From assembly GCA_045640185.1 (NCBI GenBank), contig JAZUEN010000053.1:6289-70288 (forward strand): a DNA stretch of 64,000 nucleotides. Direction: 5' to 3'. A program made the translations under genes and the position numbers. Origin of the DNA: Bacteroidales bacterium. GTDB taxonomy: Bacteria > Bacteroidota > Bacteroidia > Bacteroidales > SZUA-534. Position 1 is the stretch's first letter; each line of letters opens with the position of its first letter. The notes beneath the pieces were generated by a model, which was not told the DNA's origin, made no database searches, and saw nothing but the letters and a program-made list of their open reading frames with translations. This document shows, piece by piece, positions 20,770 through 31,200 of this stretch.

Positions 20770-21573
20770 TTACATGAATTTTTCGTAGAATTCATTATAC
20801 GAATCCATATATACGTCAGGCGACTGATATTCAAGCACAGGCTTGCCACTTGACATTACGTAATCGGCAACGTTCTTGTTGACTTGCCTGCTTCCGAAAA
20901 TCACGCCGTCGGAAAAATCGACTGCCAATTTCGACAAGTTCTCGTATGTCGGCTCTGTCAAAACCTTGACATCGCTTTCTGAAATGGAATCGTAAATCAG
21001 CTTGTCCTTCAAGTGCGGATTAAGCGGGGTGCTGAACTCGTCATCGTAAATTGATGTCACAATTTTCGAATTGCTGAACAGAGGATTGTCCTTGAATGTA
21101 CGTTTCACATACAATGGTACAAACGACGTGAACCAGCCGTGGCAGTGAATCACATCTGGCGACCAGCGCAATTTCTGCACTGTTTCCAATGCACCACGGG
21201 CAAAAAACATTGCACGCTCATCATTGTCCTCAAAATATTGTCCGTCAGCATTTCTAACAATTGCCTTGCGCTGGAAATAATCTTCATTGTCAATAAAATA
21301 CACCTGCATGCGTGCTGCCTGTATGGATGCAACCTTGATAATTAAAGGATGGTCGGTGTCGTCGATTATCAGATTCATGCCCGTAAGCCTGATTACTTCG
21401 TGCAACTGGTTGCGACGCTCGTTGACACAGCCATAACGTGGCATAAATGTCCTGATTTCCCTTCCCCTCTCTTGTATTCCTTGTGGCAATTCACGACTGA
21501 TTTTAGAAATTTCAGTCTCAGGTAAATATGGAGTTATTTCTTGCGAAATAAACAATACCTTTTTCTTTTCCAT
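20770..21573 (-). CDS. glycogen/starch synthase (short Bacteroidota form)
   Basis: KKVLFISQEITPYLPETEIS...MPRYGCVNERRNQLHEVIRL and HCHGWFTSFVPLY motifs. Confidence 0.75.
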   Translation of the reverse strand: MEKKKVLFISQEITPYLPETEISKISRELPQGIQERGREIRTFMPRYGCVNERRNQLHEVIRLTGMNLIIDDTDHPLIIKVASIQAARMQVYFIDNEDYFQRKAIVRNADGQYFEDNDERAMFFARGALETVQKLRWSPDVIHCHGWFTSFVPLYVKRTFKDNPLFSNSKIVTSIYDDEFSTPLNPHLKDKLIYDSISESDVKVLTEPTYENLSKLAVDFSDGVIFGSRQVNKNVADYVMSSGKPVLEYQSPDVYMDSYNEFYEKFM

Positions 21574-21761
21574 CCTAAAAAATTATAAGCGCAATTTTAG
21601 GCCACAAAGATAGTAAAAATATTGTGTTGTTGGAACTTAAAAATCATCCTAATAAAAATGTTAAACAAGTCTGGCCCGTCTTACCCTGAATATATTGACA
21701 GATGCCATGAACTTGCTCACACATAACAAAGAAACGAACGGCTTCCAATGCAAATTAATAT

Positions 21762-21769
21762 TACTTTTG
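21762..21769 (+). promoter_or_regulatory. putative Bacteroidota -7 promoter box (TACTTTTG)
   Basis: Matches TAnnTTTG. Its 3' end is 20 nt upstream of the ATG at 21789. Confidence 0.35.
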
Positions 21770-21788
21770 GGGGCTGAAACAAGTATTT

Positions 21789-22613
21789 ATGGAAAACAGA
21801 AATTTTACTGTTGGCGTAGTCATATCGACATACAACTCTCCCAAATGGCTCGAAAAGGTCTTATGGGGCTATGAAAACCAGACTGTTAAGCCGGACGAGA
21901 TTGTCATAGCCGACGACGGATCAAAAGACGATACTCGCCAACTGATTGAAAGTTTCGCATCACGCTTGCCGATAAAACACGTATGGCACGAAGACCGCGG
22001 ATTCCAGAAATCGCAGATACTGAACAAGGCCTTGGTTGCCTCAACAGCCGACTACCTGATTTTTACCGACCAGGACTGTATTCCCCGCGCTGATTTTGTC
22101 GAGACACACTGCAAATATGCAGAGCATGGCTACTTCCTCTCTGGCGGATACTTCAAGTTGCCAATGGACATAAGCCTGCAAATCGGCAAGGACGATGTTG
22201 TAAGCCAAAGGGCATTCTCACTTAAATGGCTTTTTGCACAAGGACTGAAAAAAAGCTTCAAATGCGCCAAACTGCTCGGCAATGCAGGCTTTGCAAAATT
22301 CATGAACGCAATAACGCCAACAAAAGCCACATGGAACGGCTGTAACGCATCTGGATGGCGCGAGGACGCTTTTCGTGTTAACGGATACAACGAGGAGATG
22401 CACTATGGAGGCCAGGACCGCGAGTTTGGCGAACGCCTCTTCAACCTGGGCATCAAGTCAAAACAGATTCGCTATTCGGCAATCTGCCTGCACCTTGACC
22501 ACAAACGCCCATACAAGACAAAGGAAACGCTGGAGAAAAACCTTGCCATCCGCAAAAACACACGCAAAAGCGGAATGACGGAAACCCCCAACGGAATTAA
22601 AAAAATACAGTAA
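21789..22613 (+). CDS. family 2 glycosyltransferase
   Basis: VGVVISTYNSPKWLEKVL...IVIADDGSKDDT and the DQD motif. C-terminal half is galactosyltransferase-like. Confidence 0.75.
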   Translation: MENRNFTVGVVISTYNSPKWLEKVLWGYENQTVKPDEIVIADDGSKDDTRQLIESFASRLPIKHVWHEDRGFQKSQILNKALVASTADYLIFTDQDCIPRADFVETHCKYAEHGYFLSGGYFKLPMDISLQIGKDDVVSQRAFSLKWLFAQGLKKSFKCAKLLGNAGFAKFMNAITPTKATWNGCNASGWREDAFRVNGYNEEMHYGGQDREFGERLFNLGIKSKQIRYSAICLHLDHKRPYKTKETLEKNLAIRKNTRKSGMTETPNGIKKIQ

Positions 22614-22625
22614 CACACTGCCCTT

Positions 22626-23585
22626 ATGGACAAATCGCAAGAAATAGCCCGATTATATTCAAGATACGAATGCTTGTCAAAAGAAATCCGTGAAATAAAG
22701 AGCAAAGGCCCATTCCATAAAAATTTCATGTACCTGCCGGCCTATATCCGACGCGATTCCGTAAAAAAGGACTTTTTCAGACTGCTAGAGCAACACCCTA
22801 TAGATGTGACGTGTGAAGCGCCAAAAAACAATATCCTGGTGTCGCTAACCAGCTTCCCTTCCAGAATAGGCATCGTGCACCTGGTCATCAAATCAATGAT
22901 GCTGCAAAATACGGCGCCTGAAAAAATCATCCTTTGGCTTTCGAAAGATGAATTTCCAAACCAGATGGAAGACCTGCCAGAAAGCCTGAAATCGCTGCAA
23001 GGCAACATGTTCAGCATAGCGTTTGTCGATGGCAACATGAAATCGCACAAGAAGTACTACTACGCATTTCAGCAATATCCCGGCTATTCAATAGTCACCG
23101 TCGACGATGACCTGTGCATGCCGTTTGATACCATAACGCGCCTGCAAAAGCTGTCGATAAGGTTTCCCAACTCAGTATGCTCCAATGTAATAAGGGTTAT
23201 TGAAACCCAAAACGGAGAATTCCGGAAATACAAAGAATGGAAAAAGATTGACATGCCAGAGCCTTCAGAATCCATGAATTATGTATCAATAGGCTACGGA
23301 GGAGTGATGTATCCACCTGTGTGCTTCAAAAATTTTGAATTCGACACAAACCTGATATTCAGCCTTTGCCCAAATGCCGACGACCTATGGCTAAAGGCAA
23401 ACGAAATAAAGGAGAATATTGCCGTCGCCTCAGGAGGCGTAGAGTTCATCCATCCCATAACCATACCCAACACGCAAAAACACAGCCTGCAACGGACCAA
23501 CAACAGCAGTTCACAGCAGAACGACATTCAATGGAACCAAACATGCGCCCATTTCGGAATAAAGCCGTTCCCAGTCACCGCATAG
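22626..23585 (+). CDS. putative glycosyltransferase (DXD-type), uncharacterised family
   Basis: LVSLTSFPSRI...IVTVDDDLCMP (DXD) and ADDLWLK motifs. Adjacent to the GT2 gene. Confidence 0.5.
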   Translation: MDKSQEIARLYSRYECLSKEIREIKSKGPFHKNFMYLPAYIRRDSVKKDFFRLLEQHPIDVTCEAPKNNILVSLTSFPSRIGIVHLVIKSMMLQNTAPEKIILWLSKDEFPNQMEDLPESLKSLQGNMFSIAFVDGNMKSHKKYYYAFQQYPGYSIVTVDDDLCMPFDTITRLQKLSIRFPNSVCSNVIRVIETQNGEFRKYKEWKKIDMPEPSESMNYVSIGYGGVMYPPVCFKNFEFDTNLIFSLCPNADDLWLKANEIKENIAVASGGVEFIHPITIPNTQKHSLQRTNNSSSQQNDIQWNQTCAHFGIKPFPVTA

Positions 23586-23917
23586 AACCCACAACATCAC
23601 CATTCGCACAACGCGTCTATGAAGCCGTCAGCCAAATACCGCAAGGCGAAGTGCGCACTTATGGCGACATAGCAAAGATGATTGGCTGCCGAAGCGCCCA
23701 AGCCGTTGGACAGGCATTGAGACACAACCCTTACGCGCCTGAAGTTCCTTGCCACCGCGTAGTCGCCGCTGATGGTAGCCTATGTGGCTTTTTCGGCAAA
23801 AACGACGCCCACGCCCTTAGACAAAAACGACAACTGCTCGAATCGGAGGGCATAATTTTTGACGCAAATGGAAAAGTTGCATGCCTAATGAAAAAAGGCA
23901 CAGACCGGCAAGCATGA
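23531..23917 (+). CDS. MGMT-family methylated-DNA--protein-cysteine methyltransferase (DNA-binding/active-site domain only)
   Basis: YGDIAKMIG...AVGQALRHNP....PCHRVV active-site motif. Start at 23531 or 23543, overlapping the preceding gene. The longer ORF from 23366 is an out-of-frame read-through of the GT gene. Confidence 0.75.
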   Translation: MEPNMRPFRNKAVPSHRIEPTTSPFAQRVYEAVSQIPQGEVRTYGDIAKMIGCRSAQAVGQALRHNPYAPEVPCHRVVAADGSLCGFFGKNDAHALRQKRQLLESEGIIFDANGKVACLMKKGTDRQA

Positions 23918-24124
23918 CTATGCCTTAAGAAATTTTCTATAAATTGCATTATGGTGATTTTGAATAATTTGTCAGGCGGGTTGATTGTTTAAGCGAAGGA
24001 GCAACGCCTTAAAAAAACAACAATATATAATTATCCAACAGACAATTATCACATTCAACGTCTAAGTATTTTTCGTAAAAACGCACAAAGCGTATATAAT
24101 AGGTGTTATTTTTATAAAAATTTC

Positions 24125-24132
24125 TACATTTG
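24125..24132 (+). promoter_or_regulatory. putative -7 promoter box (TACATTTG) for the ilv leader
   Basis: Matches TAnnTTTG. Lies 19 nt upstream of the leader ATG at 24151. Confidence 0.35.
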
Positions 24133-24150
24133 CCATCGAAAGCAAAAAAG

Positions 24151-24213
24151 ATGAAAAACGTAATGAACATAGTCGTTCCTGTATTTCGCGTGGTCGTGGT
24201 GGTCTGCGAATAA
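24151..24213 (+). CDS. ilv operon leader peptide (MKNVMNIVVPVFRVVVVVCE)
   Basis: 20-codon mini-ORF with 9 Val and 1 Ile, including a run of five Val codons. Its stop codon is followed 1 nt later by antiterminator and terminator segments. Confidence 0.6.
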   Translation: MKNVMNIVVPVFRVVVVVCE

Positions 24214-24279
24214 GGAAGGGCTATATTTAATTATAACATAAGTTACTACGAGCCCTTCCATTTTGGTTGGGCTTTTTTT
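24214..24279 (+). promoter_or_regulatory. transcription attenuator (antiterminator/terminator) upstream of ilvD
   Basis: Segment 2 GGAAGGGCT (24214-24222) is perfectly complementary to segment 3 AGCCCTTCC (24251-24259). Segment 3 also pairs with segment 4 TGGTTGGGC (24264-24272), which is followed by T7 (24273-24279). Segment 1 AGTCGTTCC (24171-24179) can pair with segment 2. Confidence 0.6.
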
Positions 24280-24301
24280 ATTTTGAATAAATTCTAAGGA
24301 T

Positions 24302-26107
24302 ATGAAACATACACTACGAAGCGCACAAACAACCGAAGGCCGCAGAATGGCCGGTGCGCGCGCCCTATGGGTGGCAAACGGTATGAAGCGTGAGCAAATG
24401 GGCAAGCCTATCATTGCCATTGCAAATTCATTCACCCAATTTGTTCCAGGTCACACACACCTGCACGAAATTGGCCAGATAGTGAAAGCCGAAATCGAAA
24501 AACTTGGATGCTACGCCGCCGAATTCAACACCATAGCCATCGACGACGGAATAGCAATGGGTCACGATGGAATGCTCTACTCTTTGCCTTCACGCGACAT
24601 CATTGCCGACTCTGTTGAATATATGTGCAATGCCCATAAGGCCGATGCGCTCGTATGCATAAGCAACTGCGACAAGATAACCCCGGGAATGCTGATGGCA
24701 TCAATGAGGCTGAACATACCTACAGTCTTTGTTTCAGGCGGACCAATGGAAGCCGGAAAATGGAACGGCGAAAATGCCGACCTCATCACGGCAATGGTCA
24801 AGTCTGCCGATTCTTCAATAAGCGATGAGCAGGTTAAGGATATCGAAAACTGCGCTTGCCCAGGTTGTGGTTCTTGTTCAGGAATGTTCACTGCAAACTC
24901 AATGAACTCGCTTACCGAAGCCATTGGATTGAGCCTTCCGGGCAACGGCACCATACTTGCAACACACGCAAACCGTATCCAACTGTTCAAGGACGCAGCT
25001 GCACTCATCGTAAAAAATGCTTACAAATATTATGAGGAAGGCGACGAAAGCGTTCTTCCGAAAAGCATTGCAACACGTCAGGCGTTCCTGAACGCAATGA
25101 CACTCGACATTGCAATGGGTGGCTCAAGCAACACAGTTCTTCACCTTTTGGCTGTTGCCTACGAGGCAGGAGTCAATTTCAAGATGCAGGATATCGACAT
25201 GCTAAGCCGCAAGGTTCCGTTCCTATGCAAGTTGGCACCAAACACACAAAAATACTCTATTCAGGAATGCAACCGCGCCGGTGGCATCTTGGGAATTCTC
25301 AACGAACTAAACAAGGTTGGTCTGCTTGACACATCAGTAAAACGCGTCAATGGAGCGACGCTTGCCGAGGACTTGAAGAAGTACTACATCTGCGGAAGCA
25401 CAATAGACCCAGAGGCACAACGCATATACGAAAGTGCGCCAGGCGGCAAGTTCAGCACAAAGATGGGTTCACAGTCAACAAAATGGGAATCGTTTGATAC
25501 CGACCGCGCCAACGGATGCATCCGTGACGTTGAGCACGCATACTCGAAAGACGGCGGATTGGCAGTATTGTTCGGCAACATCGCCAAGGACGGCTGCATA
25601 ATCAAGACTGCAGGCGTTGACGAAAGTCTGTGGCACTTCAGCGGACCGGCAAAAGTATTTGACTCGCAAGAAGATGCCTGCGATGGAATTTTGGGAGGCA
25701 AAATAAAGGCCGGCGATGTTGTGGTGATCACAAATGAAGGACCAAAAGGCGGACCAGGCATGCAGGAAATGCTTTATCCGACATCCTACATCAAGAGCAT
25801 GCACCTTGGCAAGGAATGCGCCCTCATCACCGACGGACGTTTCTCGGGTGGAACATCAGGCCTGTCAATCGGCCATATTTCGCCGGAAGCCGCAGCAGGT
25901 GGCGCAATCGGCAAGATTGTTGACGGCGACATCATAGAGATAGATATTCCTACACGTTCAATAAACGTCAAACTGAGCGATGCCGAACTTGAGGCACGTC
26001 CAATGCGTCCATTGACACGCAAGCGCGTTGTCGCAAAATCACTTAAGGCATACGCAAGCATGGTAAGTTCAGCCGACAAGGGCGCAATCAGAATAATACC
26101 TGAATAA
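24302..26107 (+). CDS. ilvD: dihydroxy-acid dehydratase
   Basis: [24 protein letters not shown] and [17 protein letters not shown] motifs. Length 601 aa. Confidence 0.95.
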   Translation: MKHTLRSAQTTEGRRMAGARALWVANGMKREQMGKPIIAIANSFTQFVPGHTHLHEIGQIVKAEIEKLGCYAAEFNTIAIDDGIAMGHDGMLYSLPSRDIIADSVEYMCNAHKADALVCISNCDKITPGMLMASMRLNIPTVFVSGGPMEAGKWNGENADLITAMVKSADSSISDEQVKDIENCACPGCGSCSGMFTANSMNSLTEAIGLSLPGNGTILATHANRIQLFKDAAALIVKNAYKYYEEGDESVLPKSIATRQAFLNAMTLDIAMGGSSNTVLHLLAVAYEAGVNFKMQDIDMLSRKVPFLCKLAPNTQKYSIQECNRAGGILGILNELNKVGLLDTSVKRVNGATLAEDLKKYYICGSTIDPEAQRIYESAPGGKFSTKMGSQSTKWESFDTDRANGCIRDVEHAYSKDGGLAVLFGNIAKDGCIIKTAGVDESLWHFSGPAKVFDSQEDACDGILGGKIKAGDVVVITNEGPKGGPGMQEMLYPTSYIKSMHLGKECALITDGRFSGGTSGLSIGHISPEAAAGGAIGKIVDGDIIEIDIPTRSINVKLSDAELEARPMRPLTRKRVVAKSLKAYASMVSSADKGAIRIIPE

Positions 26108-26146
26108 TTGTTTTAAGCACAAACCACATATTAAACTGAGACTCTA

Positions 26147-27844
26147 ATGGCAGATAAGATTACAGGCGCAGAGGCACTTATGCGTTCGCTCGAAAACGAA
26201 GGCGTCGAGGTAATGTTCGGTTACCCTGGCGGTGCCATAATGCCTACATTTGATGCGCTATACGACCACACAAAGAAACTTAACCACATATTGGTACGCC
26301 ACGAGCAGGCTGCGGCCCACGCCGCACAAGGCTATGCACGTGTCAGCGGCAAGGTGGGTGTCTGTCTGGTAACAAGCGGACCTGGCGTCACCAACACCAT
26401 AACAGGCATTGCCGATGCAATGATGGACAGCACCCCTATTGTGGTGATTGCCGGACAGGTAGGAGCATCTTTTTTGGGTAGCGACGCCTTTCAGGAAGTC
26501 GACCTTGTAGGCGTGACACAGCCTATCAGCAAATGGGCATACCAGATTCGCCGTCCAGAAGATGTGGCCTGGGCTGTAAGCCGCGCATTCTACATTGCGC
26601 GCAGCGGTAGGCCAGGACCTGTTGTGCTCGACTTTGCAAAAAACGCACAAGTAGGGACCGTTGAATACGAACCGCAACACATCGACTTTATCCGTGGCTA
26701 TGTTCCAGAGCCGGAAATTGACGACGAAGCCATACAGGAAGCGGCAAGGCTGATAAACGCAGCCGAACGTCCATTGGTGCTTGTCGGGCAAGGCGTGGAA
26801 CTTGGAAACGCACAGCAGGAACTCCGCAACATGATTGAAAAAGCCGACATGCCCGCAGGATGCACATTGCTCGGACTTTCGACCTTGCCATCGGACCACA
26901 GGCTGAATGTAGGAATGCTTGGCATGCACGGAAGCCTTGCATCAAACATCAAGACACAAAAATGCGATTTGCTGATAGCCGTAGGAATGCGTTTCGACGA
27001 CAGAATAACAGGCAAGTTAAGCACCTACGCCACTCAGGCAAAGAAGATTCACTTCGATATCGACCCGTCGGAAATAAACAAGAACGTCAAAGTTGACGTG
27101 CCTGTGCTTGGCAATTGCAAGCAGACTCTTGCGGCTGTGACCAAACTGATAAACAACGCCAAGCATACCGAGTGGATACAAAGTTTCGAGCCTTACTACG
27201 AGCAGGAAAAGGAGATGGTAATAGAAAAGGAAATACATCCAACCTCTGGCCCGATAAAAATGGGCGAAGTGGTGAATGTAGTGACCGAGCAGACTAACAA
27301 CCAAGCTGTTTTGGTCACCGATGTCGGCCAAAACCAAATGATGGCGGCCCGATACTTCAAGTTCACCAAAAACCGAAGCATAGTGACATCAGGCGGAATG
27401 GGCACAATGGGATTTGGCATACCTGCCGGCATAGGCGCCGCATTTGGCGCTCCCGACCGCGACATCTGCGTGTTCCTGGGCGACGGAGGCCTGCAAATGA
27501 CAATTCAGGAATTCGGCACCATCATGGAGCACCAAATACCTGTAAAGCTGATTCTCATGAACAACAGCTTCTTGGGCAACGTGCGTCAGTGGCAAGCCAT
27601 GTTCTTCAATCACAGGTACTCGTTCACACCAATGAAAAATCCTGATTTCATGAAGATAGCATCGGCTTACAACATTCCATGCAACACTGTAGTGAAGAGA
27701 GAGAATCTGGCAAGCGCCGTAAAGAAGATGATGGACACAAAAGGCCCGTACCTGCTGCAGGTGGCTGTGGAGGAAGAAGGCAATGTGCTGCCAATGTGCG
27801 CACCTGGCCACGATGTCGATGATATGATGTTGGAATACAAATAA
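26147..27844 (+). CDS. ilvB: acetolactate synthase large subunit (biosynthetic type)
   Basis: ThDP enzyme motifs GYPGGAIMP, TSGPGVTNTITGIADA and GGMGTMGFGIPAGIGA...GDGGLQM. Confidence 0.95.
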   Translation: MADKITGAEALMRSLENEGVEVMFGYPGGAIMPTFDALYDHTKKLNHILVRHEQAAAHAAQGYARVSGKVGVCLVTSGPGVTNTITGIADAMMDSTPIVVIAGQVGASFLGSDAFQEVDLVGVTQPISKWAYQIRRPEDVAWAVSRAFYIARSGRPGPVVLDFAKNAQVGTVEYEPQHIDFIRGYVPEPEIDDEAIQEAARLINAAERPLVLVGQGVELGNAQQELRNMIEKADMPAGCTLLGLSTLPSDHRLNVGMLGMHGSLASNIKTQKCDLLIAVGMRFDDRITGKLSTYATQAKKIHFDIDPSEINKNVKVDVPVLGNCKQTLAAVTKLINNAKHTEWIQSFEPYYEQEKEMVIEKEIHPTSGPIKMGEVVNVVTEQTNNQAVLVTDVGQNQMMAARYFKFTKNRSIVTSGGMGTMGFGIPAGIGAAFGAPDRDICVFLGDGGLQMTIQEFGTIMEHQIPVKLILMNNSFLGNVRQWQAMFFNHRYSFTPMKNPDFMKIASAYNIPCNTVVKRENLASAVKKMMDTKGPYLLQVAVEEEGNVLPMCAPGHDVDDMMLEYK

Positions 27845-27853
27845 AAAACTCAA

Positions 27854-28414
27854 ATGGAACAAGAAGAAAAGACACTATACACCATATTGGTTTTCTCTGA
27901 AAACCTGGCTGGCTTGCTGAACCAGATTACAGCCGTATTTACTCGCCGTCAGGTAAACATTGAAAGTCTAAATGTCTCTGCATCAAGCATCAAAGGCATA
28001 CACAAATACACTATCACCTGCTATAGCGATGCGGAAACAATAGAAAAGATAACTCGCCAGATTGAACGGAAGATAGATGTCATTCAGGCGAACTATTACA
28101 CTGACAACGAGATATTTATCCAAGAATGTGGATTGATGAAGATATCTACGCCTGTCTTGCTTGAGAACAAGCAGGTATCGCGCAGCATCCGAATCCACGA
28201 TGCAAACATAGTGGAGGTGAACCCCACTTATGCCATTGTCACAAAATGCGGATTGACTGAAGATATCGAGTCTCTGTATCAGGCATTGAAAAGCTGCAAA
28301 TGCGTCCTGCAATATGTCCGTTCTGGCCGAATAGCAATAACCAAGAGCCATACAGAGCACATCAGCGACTACATAAATGCACGCGAACAGAAATACAGGG
28401 AATCGAAAGCGTAA
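27854..28414 (+). CDS. ilvN: acetolactate synthase small (regulatory) subunit
   Basis: ACT-domain N-terminus YTILVFSENLAGLLNQITAVFTRRQVNIESLNV. Lies immediately downstream of ilvB. Confidence 0.85.
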   Translation: MEQEEKTLYTILVFSENLAGLLNQITAVFTRRQVNIESLNVSASSIKGIHKYTITCYSDAETIEKITRQIERKIDVIQANYYTDNEIFIQECGLMKISTPVLLENKQVSRSIRIHDANIVEVNPTYAIVTKCGLTEDIESLYQALKSCKCVLQYVRSGRIAITKSHTEHISDYINAREQKYRESKA

Positions 28415-28542
28415 ACGAAAGACAATTAATATTACATTGCGTCGTTTTTTTCTTAATGATATTGTGAAAGTCCTTACTTTCGCACTTTGAAAAAGACAAC
28501 AATTTGAACATATAGTTTATTTAATAACAAAAAAATAAGAAA

Positions 28543-29586
28543 ATGGCACAGATGAATTTTGGCGGTGTTATTGAAAACGTAATGACCCGCGAAGAATTTC
28601 CATTGGAAAAAGCACGTGAAATCCTGAAAAACGAGACCATCGCAGTTATCGGCTATGGCGTACAAGGCCCAGGCCAATCATTGAACCTGCGCGACAATGG
28701 TTTCAACGTAATCGTAGGCCAACGTCAAGGCAAGACTTACGACAAGGCCGTTGCCGACGGTTGGGTTCCTGGCAAGACATTGTTCAGCATTGAAGAAGCA
28801 GCAGAAAAAGCAACTATCGTAATGTGCTTGCTTTCTGACGCCGCAGTTATGAGCGTATGGCCAAGCCTTCAAAAGTATCTCACTCCAGGCAAGGCACTTT
28901 ACTTCTCTCACGGTTTTGCCATCACCTGGAACGACCGCACAGGTTGCGTTCCTGCAAAAGACATCGACGTCATCATGGTTGCTCCTAAAGGCTCAGGCAC
29001 ATCACTCCGTACCATGTTCCTTGAAGGACGCGGCTTGAACTCTTCATACGCTGTTTACCAAGATGCAACAGGCAAGGCAATGGACCGCACCTTGGCTCTT
29101 GGCATCGGCATCGGCTCTGGCTACCTGTTCGAGACTACATTCCAACGCGAGGCTACATCAGACCTTACTGGCGAGCGTGGCTCACTGATGGGTGCAATCC
29201 AAGGCTTGCTGCTTGCTCAATACGAAGTATTGCGTGAGAACGGCCACACTCCTTCTGAGGCATTCAACGAGACTGTTGAGGAGCTTACACAATCGCTTAT
29301 GCCATTGTTCGCAAAGAACGGCATGGACTGGATGTACGCAAACTGCTCAACAACCGCTCAACGTGGCGCTCTTGACTGGATGGGCCCATTCCACGATGCC
29401 ATCAAGCCAGTTGTAGAGAAACTCTACGCTTCAGTTAAATGCGGCAACGAGGCTCAAATCTCAATTGACGCCAACTCTAAACCAGACTACCGTGCCGGCC
29501 TTGAAAAAGAACTTAAGGCTTTGCGCGAGAGCGAAATGTGGCAGACTGCAGTCACTGTACGCAAATTGCGTCCTGAAAACAACTAA
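28543..29586 (+). CDS. ilvC: ketol-acid reductoisomerase
   Basis: IAVIGYGVQGPGQSLNLRDNG Rossmann motif and SHGF...PKGSG motifs. Length 347 aa. Confidence 0.95.
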   Translation: MAQMNFGGVIENVMTREEFPLEKAREILKNETIAVIGYGVQGPGQSLNLRDNGFNVIVGQRQGKTYDKAVADGWVPGKTLFSIEEAAEKATIVMCLLSDAAVMSVWPSLQKYLTPGKALYFSHGFAITWNDRTGCVPAKDIDVIMVAPKGSGTSLRTMFLEGRGLNSSYAVYQDATGKAMDRTLALGIGIGSGYLFETTFQREATSDLTGERGSLMGAIQGLLLAQYEVLRENGHTPSEAFNETVEELTQSLMPLFAKNGMDWMYANCSTTAQRGALDWMGPFHDAIKPVVEKLYASVKCGNEAQISIDANSKPDYRAGLEKELKALRESEMWQTAVTVRKLRPENN

Positions 29587-29609
29587 TCGGAATCTTCCTA
29601 TTTTATGAT

Positions 29610-29640
29610 AAGGCTATCCAAAAAAGGATAGCCTTTTTTT
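29610..29640 (+). terminator. rho-independent terminator after ilvC
   Basis: AAGGCTATCC-AAAAAA-GGATAGCCTT followed by a T-run. Confidence 0.8.
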
Positions 29641-29763
29641 GTTCTTATACACAAAACACATTGATTGATTGGTTTTTACGACAAGCGTCATGGGGGCCGT
29701 CATATACTTTCACAAATTGTCATACAGACGCATCACTTATCTATCATTTACAAACTATTTTGC

Positions 29764-29771
29764 TACATTTG
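29764..29771 (+). promoter_or_regulatory. putative -7 promoter box (TACATTTG)
   Basis: Matches TAnnTTTG. Lies 17 nt upstream of the ATG at 29788. Confidence 0.35.
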
Positions 29772-29787
29772 AGCCGTTTTTAGAAAA

Positions 29788-31143
29788 ATGACAATGAGAA
29801 CCTTTACAAGAATTTTCACCTGTACATTAATGGCCACTGCCGCCATGTTCACATCATGCGACAATGCAAACAAAGGCAACACTTTCACAGCAAACGTGGA
29901 ATCGAAAGCTTGCGTAGCCGACACTTCAATACACTATTCAGTATACGTTCCAAAATCAGATAGTGAAAAACTTCCAGTAATTCTTTTCTTCGACCCTCAC
30001 AACCAAGGAGACATACCTGTCAGCACTTATGCGGAATTGGCATCGAAATACCAATATATACTTATTGGCAGCAACGACTTGCATAACGGGCAATCAGCTT
30101 TTCAAACCGAGAAAATAATTCTCGGCCTGCTTAACGAAGCCGAGACCCAATACAAGATTGACGAAAACAGAATATACCTGTGCGGTTTTTCCGGTGGAGC
30201 AAAAGTTGCAATGATGTATGGCCTCAACATGCCAGAAATAAGCGGTGTGGCCGCATGTGGCGGCAGCATCGCCCCGTCACACAAACCCGATTCGTCGTTC
30301 TGCTTTGTGGGCATGGTCGGGAACAAGGACTTCAACTATCTTGACATGCAACAGACACTGTCGCAATTCAACAAGATGAACGTTCCTTTCACTTCCGTCG
30401 TATTCGACGGCAAACATGAATGGCCATCAGCCAACGACTTCGAAACCGCATTCATATCATTTGAAATAAACGCCATGCATACAGGTGCCACACCTGCAAA
30501 CGTTGACTGGCTGAAATCTGTATACAACAAGCTAAGCAACGAAGTCAACCATCACATGGAAATGGGCGAATACGTAAAGAGTTCGGAACTCATAGGCCGG
30601 ATACAAGGATGGTTCGGCTCTGTAGCAAACGACATAAGGCTCTCTACATTCTTGACAAACCTGAATTCGAACCAGATATACAAGAACCAACTGTCAAAAA
30701 TCCAAAATCTGGCACAAAAGGAAGTTACACTTCGTGGCCAATTCATAGGTTCTGTCGAAAGCCGCGATTTGGAATGGTGGAAAACCGAAGTTGAGAACTT
30801 CAAGACAAGCATTGCAAGCAAAGACGAACTGGTAAGCCTTACCAGCCAACGCCTCATGGCATATTTGAGCATGATGTCGTACTCACTTGCCGACAACGAA
30901 ATATTAAGCAACAATGCCGATGCGGCCCTGAAAAGACTGCAGATTTACGAAATGGTTGACCCCGACAATACCGATGTCTATCTGATGTTCGCCCGCTATT
31001 ACCTTATGACCGGCAACAAAGAACAAATGGTGGAAAGCTACAAAAAGGCTGTTGAAAAAGGATTCACCGACAATGCCCAATACGCTTCCGACCCAACATG
31101 GAAGATGCTTTTTGCCCAACCAGAAATCAAGGCTTTGCAATAG
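29788..31143 (+). CDS. lipoprotein alpha/beta-hydrolase (esterase) with C-terminal helical/TPR-like domain
   Basis: Lipobox MFTSC. Nucleophile elbow GFSGGAKVA. Esterase-like N-terminal 220 aa and a helical C-terminal half. Confidence 0.6.
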   Translation: MTMRTFTRIFTCTLMATAAMFTSCDNANKGNTFTANVESKACVADTSIHYSVYVPKSDSEKLPVILFFDPHNQGDIPVSTYAELASKYQYILIGSNDLHNGQSAFQTEKIILGLLNEAETQYKIDENRIYLCGFSGGAKVAMMYGLNMPEISGVAACGGSIAPSHKPDSSFCFVGMVGNKDFNYLDMQQTLSQFNKMNVPFTSVVFDGKHEWPSANDFETAFISFEINAMHTGATPANVDWLKSVYNKLSNEVNHHMEMGEYVKSSELIGRIQGWFGSVANDIRLSTFLTNLNSNQIYKNQLSKIQNLAQKEVTLRGQFIGSVESRDLEWWKTEVENFKTSIASKDELVSLTSQRLMAYLSMMSYSLADNEILSNNADAALKRLQIYEMVDPDNTDVYLMFARYYLMTGNKEQMVESYKKAVEKGFTDNAQYASDPTWKMLFAQPEIKALQ

Positions 31144-31169
31144 TCTGACAAACACATAACAACAAGCAA

Positions 31170-31200
31170 AAAGCCCTATCAGTTGATAGGGCTTTTGTTT
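31170..31200 (+). terminator. rho-independent terminator
   Basis: AGCCCTATC-AGTT-GATAGGGCT followed by TTTTGTTT. Confidence 0.7.

Noticed and set aside
23366-23530. Long 183-aa version of the MGMT ORF starting at 23366
   Set aside because: The first ~55 codons are Arg/Gln/His-rich out-of-frame read-through of the glycosyltransferase gene. The MGMT homology begins after the Met at 23531/23543.
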